64,000 nucleotides of DNA from positions 11,346,001 to 11,410,000 of the forward strand of contig CM022678.1 of NCBI GenBank assembly GCA_012295275.1, read 5' to 3'. The position numbers were made by a program, and so were the translations under genes. This DNA is from Chrysomallon squamiferum. Lineage: Eukaryota; Animalia; Mollusca. The notes beneath the pieces were generated by a model that worked only from the letters and a program-made list of their open reading frames with translations, ran no database searches and was not told the DNA's origin. Of this stretch, positions 39,521 to 53,659 are shown piece by piece; within the stretch, counting starts at the first letter, position 1, and each line of letters opens with the position of its first letter.

Positions 39521-42399
39521 GCGTTATTATTATTATAAATAAAACCACAATAATAATAAAAAACACAATTCTTCAAATACATGTTTTTAAAAATAAAATC
39601 CGTTTTGAACCAAAATATAATATACCCAAAAAGAGCCCCATTCTGTGATCCCAGGGGTTGATCTGCCCCTCCCTGGTATCACACCTCCTGGCACACTTCA
39701 TCTGCCCTTTCAAACAAATCTGTCTGACCTCTGACCCCTCGGACTGACCCCTGTCAGGAAATCTGATCCTTTGTAACTTACCTGTAATTTAGTGTTTTGT
39801 GAGGTGTGGTGTTACCTGTAAACAGGTCCTAAAATAACTTACAGGTGTAGTGACAGGAAATACCTGGAATTCAGGTGTTAATAATCATGTTTTAATCTGT
39901 TAATTTATTTAATTTGTTTTGTTTAGGTTTTTTTTGTTTATTTAGGTTTTGATTTTGATTTTTAAATGTTTAAATTTTATTTTATTTTATTTTATTTTGA
40001 TTTGATTTGATTTGATTTGATTTGATTTTTTATCTCGTTTTATTTTTGTTTTGATTTATATATTTTTGATTTAATTTTATTTGATGTTTTTTGTTTTAAT
40101 TTGTATTTATTTATTTATTTATTTTGTTTTCTATATTTTGTTAATCACCTAACGAATAATTTGGTGAAACAATCTTTCATAAATAAATAATTTAATAATA
40201 AATAAATAAAAAATAAATACATGTCAAAAATAATATTTAACAAGTTTTTCCCACTTTTATTTAATTTCTGTTTTGCATTAATAATAAGAAATAAATAAAT
40301 CAGATCAATTTTTCTTTTTTTTTTTTGCTTTAATAAGTTTTCCTATTTATTTTACATATTTCAATATTTTCTGTCAAAATTTGTAATATCAGATGAATAT
40401 AAGAATTTACTGTTGTTTGATATGCTGTCAGTTTTGATAAATATAAATTCTTTTTCTGGATGCTGTTACTTGTAGTCTGTTTTGATATTTATATTAAAAA
40501 TGTTTTAGGTTACAACAGAATCATAATTAATTTTTTAATAACATTAAAACAGATAGCCGAGTTTGTGAAAATTTGTTTTACTGTTATGAAAAGATTAATT
40601 TTCATTCAGTGTAATTAAATATTTTTAATATAAATCTGTTAATGAGTTTTTTTTTTTTCTTGGCAAGCTTTTGTTTCCTGTGTTAATTAATTCTAGTTTG
40701 ACTTTTTAACACGTCGGTGTATTCTTTTCATTTCTCCTTCTTCTTTCTGCTTCTTTCTTTCTTTCTTTTTCTTTGTTTCATACTTTCTTTTTTTGTCGTT
40801 CTTTCTCGTTCTGTCACTTTTTCTTTCTCTCACTTTGCCACTTTCATTCTTTCTTTTTCACTCGTTCTTTCTCACTTTCTCATTCTGTCACTTTCTCTTT
40901 ATTTGTCTCTTATTTTCTCTTTATTTCTTTCTTTCTTTCTCACTTTCTCTCAATCTCTATATCTCTCTTTTCTCTCTTTCATTATCCAGTTGATACTGTT
41001 TGACAGAATTTAAACAAAATATATATAATTTTTTTTTAATAAATCATATACATTCTTTCTTTTTCCTTCTTTCTCCCTTTCCTAGCTTTTCTCCTTGTTT
41101 CTCCTCTCTTCTTTCTTTCCTCTCTATCATTCCTTATAATCATGGTTTATTAACTTTTAAAAATATAATGTTCATCCCACTTTCCCAGTTCCCAGACATC
41201 ACAGAATCCATCTTGTTTTATTCCACATTCTTTTTTTCCATGTCTGAAACACCCATCATTTTATCTTATTTCTTTGTTATATCTAAACTAGGAAATATTT
41301 CCCAAAAAAGAGTTTATCCAACTTAAACTATTATTTAGTTCTGTCTAAACTGGAAGAAGTCTATTTCTAATAAATAAACACAAAAAGTAAAAAATAACAA
41401 AACTACAACAACAAAGAAAAAAAAAAAATATATATATATATATATAAAGATTTCAAAATTTAAACTATCATTTATTTCTCTCTAAAACCAGAAGAATATT
41501 TCACCAACAAAACTAAAAAAACCACAAAAACCCCCCCCAAAAACATTCAATTTACAAACTTAAACAATTACATAATTCTCCCATCTAAACTAGAAATATT
41601 AACAACAACAAAAAAAGACCCAATCAACCTTGAAGAAATTGAGAGTGATTAATGTACAATCTGATATATTAATGAAAGGAACATCTGTGCTTATGAAAGA
41701 TTCAGTGTCTGGGGTTATGTAACTTCGCTAATGAACAGTTGTAAGTATCTGTATCATGTTTTCTCAAAAAGAGAAAAGTTCCCAGCAGCTCACAGAAACA
41801 CTTGGTAAAATGAGCAGCAGGATTCCTAAGAAGATTATGAAGACACTGAGCATGCTCAGTCATGTGACAGACTCAATCTTAATCCTGCAGCAAATTATTA
41901 TTTTTTTTTTTTTTTTTTTTTTTATGTATAAAAAAATTTACGTACTTCTATAAGCAAATTTATATATCTATATTGATATATATATATAGATATATCTATA
42001 TTTATATGTGTATATATCTAAATATATATATATATATATGATAGTGTATGTATGTATGTATATATATATGTATGTGTATGTTTATATATATATATATATG
42101 TATATATGTACTGTGGAAAAATTATAAAATTTTGAATTCTGAAGAAAAATCACATTTTTTCTTTTTCTTTTGACTGTATGAATAGTTGTTTTGTTAAAAT
42201 ATATATATATTTTTTTTATTTTATATGGAAGTGATTTCTATTTTCATTTTCTGTTTACTTTTGTACCTGACTTTTTTTTAAATTTCTTTTCTGTTCTGTT
42301 TTTTTTCTCTCTTAATCTTCACTTTTTACATTTTTTCCTCACTGTTTTTGTTTCTTTTTCTGTTTTATTCTTTTTTAGTTTCTGTCTCTCTTTATCCAT

Positions 42400-42465
42400 C
42401 CATCTATCTGTCTATCTATCTATTTGTCTCAATCTGTCAGTATTTCAATCTATCTATCTGTCTGC

Positions 42466-42524
<59 letters not shown>

Positions 42525-42785
42525 ACTGCCTTTCTACCTTTCTACCTTTCTATCTATCTATCTATTTGTCTCAATCTGTCAATATTTCAGTCTATCTATC
42601 TATCTATAACTGCCTATCTATCTGTCTCTCTCTATCTGTCTGTCTGCCTATCTATCTGTCTATTTATCTATCTATCTATCTGTCCTATCTATCTATCTGC
42701 CTTTCTACCTATCTATCTATCTATCTATCTATTTATCTATCTACCTATCTATCTATCTGTCTGTCTGTCTATCTGTCTATCTAAC
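42400..42785. repeat. (TATC/TGTC)n tetranucleotide tract
   Basis: Visible. Gives the 'SIYL' ORF artefacts. Confidence 0.95.
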
Positions 42786-43220
42786 TATGTAACAATTTTC
42801 ATTAAAAAAAAGTTTTTTTTTGTTGTTTTTAATTAGACAGACGTCATCAATTTTAAGTTTGTTTGTGACATCAAATCGCTACATTCAGAAATAATCTTCA
42901 CAGCTGCAACAATCTGCGACAAACTAAAACCAAAAAAATTAAAAACAATTTCTACAATTCATCATTTCCTTTCCATCAGATTTAGAAATAGCACTTGTAG
43001 TTGTAGTAGTAGCAGCAGCAGCAGTAGTAGTCATCAATCAGTAAATAAACAACAGACTTCTATTTTGAAGATTAAAAAAAATATATATATATATTGTAAT
43101 GTTGAATTTTATTACTGTTTTTAACTAAAAATATACCTCTCTTTGATCATGCTGATGAGTTTAATTCATAAAGAGAACAAAAAAAAAACAATTAAACACT
43201 GTTTGCCTGGAATCTGAAAA

Positions 43221-43260
<40 letters not shown>

Positions 43261-43510
43261 ACACACACACACTCTCTGCATAACAGAATTAACAAACTTT
43301 CACTTTCATTTTCTAAAAATAACCTCCAGTCCTGACAAAAGAGCCAGCCATTATCTGTAGCTGATACTTTTAAAAGTCTGCACAGTAACATTTCCCTGGC
43401 AGAGAGCTCTTCATCGCAGGGAGATAAAATCGGTGTTAACGACATTTTTCTCCAATCAAATTAACCTCTGACCCTGGTGGGATTGCACCATGCAGATAAA
43501 ATCTCATTTT

Positions 43511-43583
<73 letters not shown>

Positions 43584-43718
43584 TCTCTCACTCCTAATTA
43601 GACCTGGTATTCTCCCCACACATTTATTTACTTCACGTGTCCCCCAAGTTGACTGTGGAAGGAGCAGTTTGTAGATTTCTTCATTCACTGATGTCTTTTT
43701 AGTTTTGTTTGTGAGAAT

Positions 43719-43800
<82 letters not shown>

Positions 43801-43985
43801 CTGTTTTGTGGAAGATCTTGGTTCTAGGTGAATGAATGAATGAATGAAATGAATGAATAGATGTGTGTGTGTGTGTGTGTTTGGATTGACAGATGGAACG
43901 ACAAAGGGTGGATGAATATAAAAGTAAAATAGATGGACAGATGAAAAAAGAAGATATAAAAGCCATTTTATGATTATTATCATTA

Positions 43986-44022
<37 letters not shown>

Positions 44023-44270
44023 GTTATTATTGTTATTATTGTTATTATTGTTATTATTATTATTATTATTTGAAAATTTATGAGAAGAAAAATATCTGAA
44101 TTATAGAAACGTTTTCTGTTTTTTTTTCCTTTTTGTTTTTGATAATTTCTGAAATATTTGGTGACTGTAGCTATGGTGATGATGTCTATATGCAGTAGCT
44201 TGTAGCCACAAACAAACAAAATCAGATGACATCAATGTAACAAACAAACAGTTCAGATAAAATTATTTTT

Positions 44271-44274
<4 letters not shown>

Positions 44275-44325
<51 letters not shown>

Positions 44326-44472
44326 CATGTACAAAGAAATGTTTTTATCATTTGAGATTTTACATCTCTCTCTGATAGTCAAAGTTTAATATTTAATATA
44401 AATAAATTAAAAATGTTTAAAAATTTATAAGATTTGATCCTCATTACACAAGTCGTTGGGTTTGGTAAGATA
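44275..44472 (-). mobile_element. Dispersed repeat fragment with (GA)n tail, copy 1 (probable retroposon/SINE 3' end)
   Basis: Reverse complement of 54982-55130. It shares a ~65-bp block with 1 mismatch and a ~54-bp identical block, separated in this copy by a ~30-bp AT-rich indel. The retroposon identity is inferred from the microsatellite tail. Confidence 0.65.
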
Positions 44473-44756
44473 AAAATCTGATTAATTCTTGGAAATCGCC
44501 AAAATATGATTACTGGCGATTATGTAACTGCACTGACTTTGTCTACTTTGCTTGCATCGTCATAGTTATTAGGTCACCTGACGAATTAGAAACTTGTAAA
44601 GCGATTACGAAGGCTTGGTCATTTTCCAATTATTGTCCTTATGCTAAATTGTAGCGAAAATTAAATCCTATTTAGAAACATTTTGGCTTTCTGATGGGTA
44701 TTTATGTTGCGTTATGTAACTTGTACATTTGGATTTTGATCTGAAAAATGCAGAGA

Positions 44757-44825
<69 letters not shown>

Positions 44826-45539
44826 TCTTTTGCTTATAATCATTTATTTTCATTTTTATTTTTGTTATCTTATTCTTTTCTTTGTTTTTCTTTCTCATTT
44901 AAAAATAAAAAGTAATAAATGATCCCAAAAAACTGAAGTATAATTAAATGTAATAAAAATAAAGTAAAATAAAATAAAATAAATAAAATAAAATACATAA
45001 AAAAATCAACTGAATAAATAACTGAATAAATAAAATAAAATAAATTAAAAAAATAACTGAATAAATAAATAAATAAAAATAAATATATAAATAAATAAAT
45101 AAATAAACAGATAAATAAATAAAGAAAAGAAAAGAAAACAAAGGCATAAAATAAATAAATAAACTAAACTAAACTAAACTAAATAATTAAAACAAAAAGC
45201 AATAAAGTAATATAAATAAAACAAATTATCAAATAATTAATATTATATTAAGCAAACCTATAGTTATAATAATAATAATAAAATAAAAATTTTAAAATTG
45301 GAAGAAATAAAATTAAAACATTACCATTTAACTTCTATTTTTATTTCAGTCATTTAATTATCAAACCAGCATCGATGACAAAAATCCTGAGATTAAAATT
45401 AAACTACTTAAATTTGTCACTGAAACTTCCGACATTAAAAACTGATAAAAATCTGTCATTCCTTCTGTCTGTCTGTCTGTCTGCGCCTCTTCAACTTCCT
45501 CACAACAGAGTCGTATAAATCAGCAACATTTTCAGATTC

Positions 45540-46050
45540 ACATCATCGTCGACATCGTTGTAATTTCTATAAATCACAACTTGCGCAGCTGATGCGGTAT
45601 GCAACGTCTCTTTGTAACATCGGCGTCCGTGCTTTTTTAATTGCCCGCAAAATTTGTCCACCCGACAGACAATGGGCAGAAGCGGACAAAGAACAAAAAC
45701 TGGACGATGGTCAGTTTTTCTCGGACATCTGACATCGGGTCAGCTGGAAGACAGTGGCACGAGCGTCTTGTCCATCCTTTTGAAATGGAAATTAATGAAA
45801 TCTATTTATAGACGTGTGACCATTGTCGCTGACCACTGGGCGCTTTGTGTCCGAGCGGTCATGCTTTTTTGAGATGAGCTGTTTTAGCGGTGGACACTGG
45901 TCAGTATTGTCCGCAGAGATGGTCATCTGCCGCAGCGCGACCTCTGACATAAAGAAGCGCAGGATGCCCACAGCAGTTTTCTCGCATTGTCCGAGGTGAC
46001 GGTCATCAATCAGGAGGTGTCTTGTCTGGGCCCTCTTGGGGTGGCGCTTT
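45540..46050. promoter_or_regulatory. CpG-rich enhancer-like island dense in TGG(A/T)CA and CATTGT (Sox-like) words
   Basis: Sharp GC rise. Contains TGGACGATGGTCAG at 45701, TGGACACTGGTCAG at 45891, TGACCACT at 45830 and the DR1-like CGACCT-C-TGACAT at 45938. No convincing ORF. Confidence 0.5.
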
Positions 46051-46899
46051 TTAAAAAAAAACGTTTAAAAAAAAAAATTAAAAAGATAATTTTGAAAATT
46101 ATTGAAAATTAGTTTTTTTTTTTGCTTTTTTTTTTTTTTTTTTTTATTATTATTGTTGTTGTTTCTTGTTGCTTTATGGATGGTGGCTTTTTTTTGTCTT
46201 TGTTTTTAGGGTAAATTTAATTAAGAAAATACTACTACTATTACTATTACTATTAGTTATTATTATTATTATTATTAATATATAATGTATATGTCATGTT
46301 ACTAGATACAGTATAAATAAATAAAAATATTGATGTTAAAGTGACAAATTTATCTGATAAAATAAAGAAAAAAGACATCAGCAATAACAATAATAATTTT
46401 TATTCCAATCATTGTTGAAATTTTCTGTTTTAAATTTTCTAAAGCATAAATTTTAACAATCATTTTCGTTTTTGAATTAATATATCCTAAAAATATATTT
46501 TTTTATCTTTTGTAATTCAGATTATTTGAAAAACAATAATGATAAAAAATATTCAAATCTCTAATATCTGAAAACTGAAATCAAGTTAAAAAGTTTCAAT
46601 AGATAATTATTTTTAAATTTAAATTTAATTTTATTTGGTTAAAAAGTTGAAAATTAAATTTATAAAAAATGTTTTTTGAAAACAGTGGAAAATAAAAACA
46701 AAAAAATTAATAAGATGTCCAACTATACTTAAAATAAAATTTTATTCACAATTTCATTAATTTAAAAAAAAAAAAAAAAAGAAGAAAGAAAGAAAGAAAA
46801 CAGAGTAAAATTTAATTTTAAAAGAGTTCTAAATAACATTTTCTCTATTTTTATTTTTATTTTTTCAAATTCTAATTTTATGATTTAAAATTTAAAAAG

Positions 46900-47288
46900 C
46901 GAAACCTCACGAGGGCCTCGTGACATTATCTTTTAAAGTGAGGAGGTTTTATGGAGGGTGAAATGAGGGAGAAAATATCCTCAATCAGAATTTGAAAGGA
47001 ATCCACTTTTTGAATCGCATTTCAGTCGAAGTGTTGCACAAAGAAGCTGCCTGACATCATAAAGATTTAAATGTTTTTAGCCGGGTGTGTGGGGGGTGTA
47101 TGGGGGGGCAGGGGCTGTGAGTGATGGACATTGGCATTGCATTAACAGAACCTTTGACCCCCCCTCTTCTCCCGAAAGGGGTCATCTGCAGATAAATCTT
47201 GCCCTGCTGTGGTCACTCATTGTGTGATAAACAATGGGATGCTTTTCTTAATTTCGGCCATCTTGAAAAGATTCCGAATTTCTTTCAC

Positions 47289-47319
<31 letters not shown>

Positions 47320-48100
47320 CTCTCTCTCCTCCAGCTGTCTGTCCTCTCTCTCCCCCCCTCTCTGTCTCTCCCCCACCGCCGTCTCTGTTGTTGTTTGTTT
47401 TTTGTTTTTGGGGATCCAGAAATCTTTTTCCAGACAAAAGTGGTCAGTGGCAGGCAGGCACTGACCACACAGTAACAATGGATAACTCGATTGGTCAGCT
47501 GTGGTCAAGCCAGGAATTGTTTTTCTTCTTTTATTACTGTTTTTGAGGATTTCGTCGGGGAGAGCGGGCGGGCGGGCAAGGAAAATCTCCGCAAGTGTAG
47601 TTTGTTTTAGCTCGGGGAACAAAAATAGCATTGATTAAAAATTGATTGGCATGCAAAATCAATCAAAGCCTGCTGCCTCAAGAAACCATGGCAACTCGTG
47701 GAGTGGTCAAGTGGTCACTCTTTTGTCCGAAGAGTATTTTCATCAGTTAAAGCTTTTTCGGCAGATGAGTCCACTTTTGGCCATTGTCCGCTCTAATTGT
47801 CGCTGACCATTGTCCAGCAGCGGAGGAGCTGACCACTCAAAGTGTCCGGAGTTTCGGCCCGACCTGCTCTCTCAAAGAGCAATGCATTTTGTCGTCCACC
47901 TCTCGTCCACTTTTTCTCATTAGCGGTCACTGCCAGCTGGCCTTTGCTTTTTTTTGCGCCTGTCCAGAGTTGTGGTCACAAGTCAATGGTTATGTCCGAA
48001 TGACGGGTGACAGTGGTCAGTTTGCTGACCAGTTGCTTGGCCAAAGGTAGTCTTGTTGTTGTTTGTCTCCAGTTAGCTCTTTCTGCATGGGACGTTGTTG
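46900..48100. promoter_or_regulatory. Largest GC/CpG-rich island; promoter/enhancer-like
   Basis: YY1-type GCCATCTTG at 47257, tandem GGGCGG boxes at about 47566-47577, TGATTGG at about 47643, X-box-like GAAACCATGGCAAC at 47682, DR1 at 47148-47160, and many TGGTCA/TGACCA words. Confidence 0.55.
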
Positions 48101-48169
48101 TACTCACTTCTGGTATGTACCTGTTTTTTTACTTCACTTCATGTCACTTCACTTCTCTCTTTTTTATTA

Positions 48170-48815
48170 TTAACATGTTTAAAAATAAAAAAGTTCATTG
48201 ACTTACTAGTTGCTATGTAACTTATTTTTTTTTTATTATTTTCTAATTATTATTATTTTCTAAATAATATTTTTTAAAATAAACAGTTCATTGACTTGTT
48301 TTTTTTTTTTCTTCTGTGTAACCTATTTATTATTATTATTATTATTATTTATTTATATTTATTTATTTTTTTAAATTAATATGTTTAAAATAAAAAGTTT
48401 GATGACTGTTTGGTTGGTGTGTAACCTATTTTTTAATTTTATTTTTAATTTTTTTTTTTAAAATTTTAAATTAATATATTTTAAAAAAAAACGTTCACTG
48501 ACTTAATTTTTTTTCTTCTATTTAACCTATTTATTATTATTATTTTTTCAGATTATTATTTTTAAATCCTGTTAAATTTGTTATTTTTCTTCTTTTTAAA
48601 ACAGAAAAGTTCACCGACTTATATTTGAGCTATGTAACCGATTGATTATTATTTTTTAATTATTTTTTTTTAAATTAATATATTTTTTAAATGTTCATTG
48701 ACTTATATTTGAGCTATGTAACCGATTTATATTATTATTTTTTAATTATTTTTTTTAAATTAATATATTTTTTAAAAAGTTCACTGACTTAGTTGTTGCT
48801 GTGAACATGTTTATT
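48170..48815. repeat. Diverged ~85-115-bp tandem repeat, about 7 copies (GTTCA[T/C]TGACTT...TGTAAC..ATT)
   Basis: The core recurs at about 48193, 48286, 48397, 48493, 48609, 48693 and 48779. Confidence 0.85.
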
Positions 48816-50627
48816 ACTAATTTTGTTATATTTTTTTGTTGTTTTTCTTTAATTTAAAATTTTTGTTATATTAAAATTAAGAAAAATGAATTTTTATAAA
48901 AACTAAATTTAAATATAAAATTTTGATAAAACCAAAATTAAGAAAACGTCAGTTTTTTCTCATTTTAAATAATTATTTGCTTGTTTTTTTTTAGATAAAA
49001 ATTAAAGAAAGTTTTAAAATAAAAAATAAACAGACATCTTTTATGTTTTCAAATTAAATTGAAGATAAAAATGCTGTTTGCATGAAAACACATGTACAGT
49101 TTTTGTATTGGTTCATTCTTGGAATTTTAATATTTGAAGTCAAAATTTGAAATCATTTCTCAATGACCAAACATTAGTTTTATTAATATACTAAAAAAAA
49201 AAATTGGTTGATATTAAAAGAATCTTAATTTTGTTTTTATTGTTAAAAATGATGAGGAAATATTTATTATTTACTTCTGAGTTTTTTTACTTTTTGTGAA
49301 TATCTCTATAATTTAATTTTCAGAAGTGAAGTTATTTTGTTTTTTTTATGTTGTTACTGTTCAGGAATTATTGTTTTTACATTCTCAATGTTTTTGTGTT
49401 GAATATTTTAATCATTTCTTTCATCTGTGAACTGTTTTCTGTTTTATACATTTACTCTGTTCAGACTTTCTTCATAGAGCAGGAAATAAAAAAATTATTT
49501 GAAATGACGAAACTTGATTATAAAGTTGTTTTTTTCTTCTTTCCTGATTTCTTCCAGTCTTTCTTATTCTTTCTGTCATTCTTACTTCTTTCTTTCCATC
49601 TTTATTCCTATTACATCTTCGTTCCTCTTTTCTGTTATCTTTTAGTTTTTCTTTTCTTCTTTCATCTTCCTGTTTTTCTTTATTCCTTCCTTTCTTTGTT
49701 TCTTCATTCTGTATTTTCTTCTTTGCTTGCACCTTTTCTATATTCATTCTTCTTTAGTTCCAACTTTTCTTTATTCTTTCATTTCTTCTTTGCTTTCATC
49801 TTTTCTTTTCGTCTTTGCTTCAAAAAAACAACAACTTTGTAAACAAGACATTTCACTTACACTCAAAAAATGAAGTAAATTTATTCATTCAAAAACCAAA
49901 AAACCAAAAAAAAAAAAAAAAACCTAAATAAAATTCCACTTTGTATCGGCAGACATTATCCATTCACCGACAACTGACAAATTATTCAGTTCTGTACCAG
50001 ACGTCTATAAATTATTTATAAATTCTGCCCACAATCCACAGAAAAATAGTTTCACAAATTAACAACATTTTTTTTTTTATTCCTGTTCCGAACATTAAAT
50101 CTGAACCTGCATCTCTGTCTGCCTACATTAACTGTTATGTAACTTTGACAGATGTGCTAACACTGATATATTTTACATAAACATGACACACATGAATATA
50201 TATCTTGTATATGCTCACTGAAAAACAGAAAGGTTTGTGACAGTGAATACAGGTTGTCTGTACGTGGGTGATTTCTCACTCAAGTAATAAATGATTAATT
50301 ATGTAAAATGTATAAAAACAAAAGTTGAAAAGAACTTACATAATGCTATTGTTGAAACTTGCCTGGAGGTATAAAGTGTGTTATAACTACATAAGAGAAG
50401 TTTTGTTGAAAACCTTTTGGAATAAGAAAAAGAGAAAAAGATGTACATAAATAAGAAGAATATAAACATAAAAATTATATTTAATATTAATAAATAAATA
50501 AATTGTAGATTAAGCACACAAACAAACTGATAGAATAGTATAAAATAAAATTACATTAGTAACTGAAATTTATAATAATTTTTTTTTGGTCTATGTCTTT
50601 ATTTTTTTTCTTCGTTTTTCATTCTTT

Positions 50628-50668
<41 letters not shown>

Positions 50669-50970
50669 TTCATTCACTCACTACTCTTTTCTGCACAATA
50701 GAAATTCAACAGACCATTTAATCTGTTTATAGCCTGTCAAACTGTTTGAACTTTGGCTTTTGACAATTAACATTTAACCTTTGTCATTTGATATTTGTGT
50801 TTCTTTGATAAAACACTCTGTTCTGATTACTCAGTTATTTTTTAAACACAATTCTCACTGCTTTCTGTAACCAGGCATGAATCACAAGTAATGGGTTCAA
50901 TTACAAGTTTCTAATTCAGAGCTTTTTTTTTTCCTCTGACAAATTCTGTTTGCATTTCTTGTTTACTGTG

Positions 50971-51003
<33 letters not shown>

Positions 51004-51899
51004 CTGTTTGTTTGTGTATTTGTTTTTGTTTATGTCTGTTTGTGTGTTTTGTGTTTTTGTTTTTTGTGTATCTATTTGTTAAACTATCACCAAAATTGTT
51101 TGAAAACAGTGTTTTTGTTGGTGTGTATCTATCTATATGTTAAACTGTCAAAACCAAAATTATAATTGTTTGTTGAAAACTAGAAATCATTTAAAAGAAT
51201 ATTCTGTTAGAAAATCTTAAACAACGAGAAACATATGCCAAGGATGAAATGTCGGGGGTGTGGGGGTGTAAGAAACAATTTCACAAATGTCAAGTGGTGA
51301 TTCACATTTAGAAAATATTTGATTACAAAATAATCAGGTAAAACAAAACAGCCCAGTCTGGACAACTCAAGGGTAGGGTGGAAAATAAAAACAAATATGG
51401 ATTCTAAATGTTTGAAAACTGAGATTAATTTAAAAGAAACATCCTCTTTAATCATTACTTAATTTAGGTTTATCAGCATTGTTTTCATTTTGTTTTTTTT
51501 TTTTTTTTCTGTCCATTATCTTCCATTCTTTTTTCTGTCTATTTAATTTTGTTCCATTTTTGTTGTATATTTTATTTTTAATTTTTCAAAAAAATTTTAA
51601 TTTTTTTTTATTATTATTTTATTTTGTTCCTAATTTTTAAACTGATCTCATTACGCTATTTAATATTCATCTGACCTTTGACCCAGGCCAATCCTTGAAA
51701 CATTCTCTGCAGATTATTTTTATCTCGCTGGATTGGTGGGTGGGGTGGGGGACTGTAAAAAGGGGCTGTTACTACACTTTGTCTAAGATAATAGGATTAT
51801 CCAATAAGTAAAAATAGGTTACTTATCTGCAGTTGTAGATAAATGACCTTTGACTGTCCTCTGGCCATTTTGCTTACATAACAAGAAATAGTTCATACC

Positions 51900-51902
<3 letters not shown>

Positions 51903-51955
<53 letters not shown>

Positions 51956-52320
51956 GTGTGTGTGTCTCTGTGTGTGTGAGTGTGTGTATGTGTGTGTGTG
52001 TGTGTCTCTGTGTGTGTGTGTCTCTGTGTGTGTGAGTGTGTGTATGTGTGTGTGTGTGTGAGAGAGTGTGTCTCTGTGTGTGTGTGTGATTTAAACATAT
52101 ATATAATGTATGTAAAAATGAAACAATCAATCATGTATCTATATGGTGATATGGTTAGAAACACAAAAGCAAGAATAAATTCTTAGTAGTATAAAAAAAA
52201 AAGTTTAAAAATAATTCTGTCAACATTGTGGTTACACACATACTCACACAGACACACACACACAAACATACAAACACACACACAGACACACACACATACA
52301 TACATAAAAACAGAGAGAGA
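51903..52320. repeat. (TG)n tract followed by (CA)-rich tract
   Basis: Visible. The two opposing tracts are loosely self-complementary. Confidence 0.9.
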
Positions 52321-53281
52321 CACACCACAGCTTTTCAACAACATCACATTTCAGTAATGACGGCTTCATCGCCATCGTTGTTAATGTTTTCAGTGCTGTT
52401 GTCCCTGCAGAAAATGTCAGAGAAAGATTTACAGCGCTGATGTGCACCCAGTGGATTCATTACATCGGCTACATTTCATGTTTTCAAATCACTAGTGACT
52501 CCTGTGGCATTCACTAAGTGATTTCTTTCTCGGATAACTTATTTGTTAAACAGTAAATGATTTACTGAGAGCCTGTTGAGGTGTTCAGCTTGGTCTCTTG
52601 GGGAAATTTCCCATTCCAATCATGTCCCACGACTAACACACACACACACACACAAACACACAAACACACATACACACACACACACACACGTATATACACA
52701 CACACACACATATGTATATATAAAGTATGTATGAAGATGTGTATGTGTGTGTGTGTGTGTGTGTATATATGTGTGTATTTCAGCAATGTGTAATGTATTT
52801 TCAAGTCTGTTAGGTTTGCACTATGACCCACTGACTGTTGTATTAAATTCAATATTTCACTGCTACATATATTTCCAGTTCTGGACAGTGTCTCACTGGC
52901 TGATATATCAAAAGCATGTTTTGTTGTGTAGACGTAACATTTACACTTTATTTATTGCCCATTCTAGAAAGTGCTCAATCAATGACATATCAATGTATGT
53001 TGTTTATTTGTGTGCAATTGCCCAATCCGACCAGTTTGACTGATGTATCAAAAAATGGTTAATAATCTCTTATATGTGAACTGTTTCATTTCTGTCCTGT
53101 ACATCAAAGACTGGACTTGGTGCTTTTAACTTTTAGCATATTTTTAAATTACACTTATTACTTACTGGTAAATCAAATAAAGAATATATATATATATATA
53201 TATCAATTTATATTATATATATATATGTGATATTAGTTAATATACTTTGTGAAAAACAAAATTTAATTTTTGAGAAAAAAT

Positions 53282-53336
<55 letters not shown>

Positions 53337-53659
53337 TTAAATTGATAATAAGATTATTAAATGTAAATTTTTAAACCTCTTAGGTGAATGGAGGTAAATG
53401 ATGTCAGCTTTGTTACAAAACATCAAAATAATTTAGCAAAAACATTTTTTTTTTTTTTTTTTAAATTCAGTTTATTAGGAAATTGTTGTTCCAGGAAGAA
53501 AGAAGTTAAAGGTAAAAAAAAACAAAAAAATAAAAAGAGGGTAGAAATAAACTCAAGATTTGAAAATGTCCTGCTAGACAAAACTATGAAGAGTTTAAAA
53601 ATAAAAATGTTTAATAACGTCATAAAGTTGATAAGAAGATAACAGACGGACAAAGAGAG

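Noticed and set aside
43221-43445. Minus-strand ORF MSLTPILSPCDEELSAREM...
   Set aside because: It runs into a (TG)n repeat, has no recognisable homology and no convincing splice signals.
45540-48100. Coding exons or a long RNA duplex between the two GC islands
   Set aside because: The ORFs are short, without consistent splice sites or recognisable peptides. The complementary words are not collinear, so no extended helix forms.
52355-52517. Open + frame NDGFIAIVVNVFSAVVPAENVRERF...
   Set aside because: Weak acceptor, only ~53 codons, and no family recognised. A BLAST is needed before any claim.
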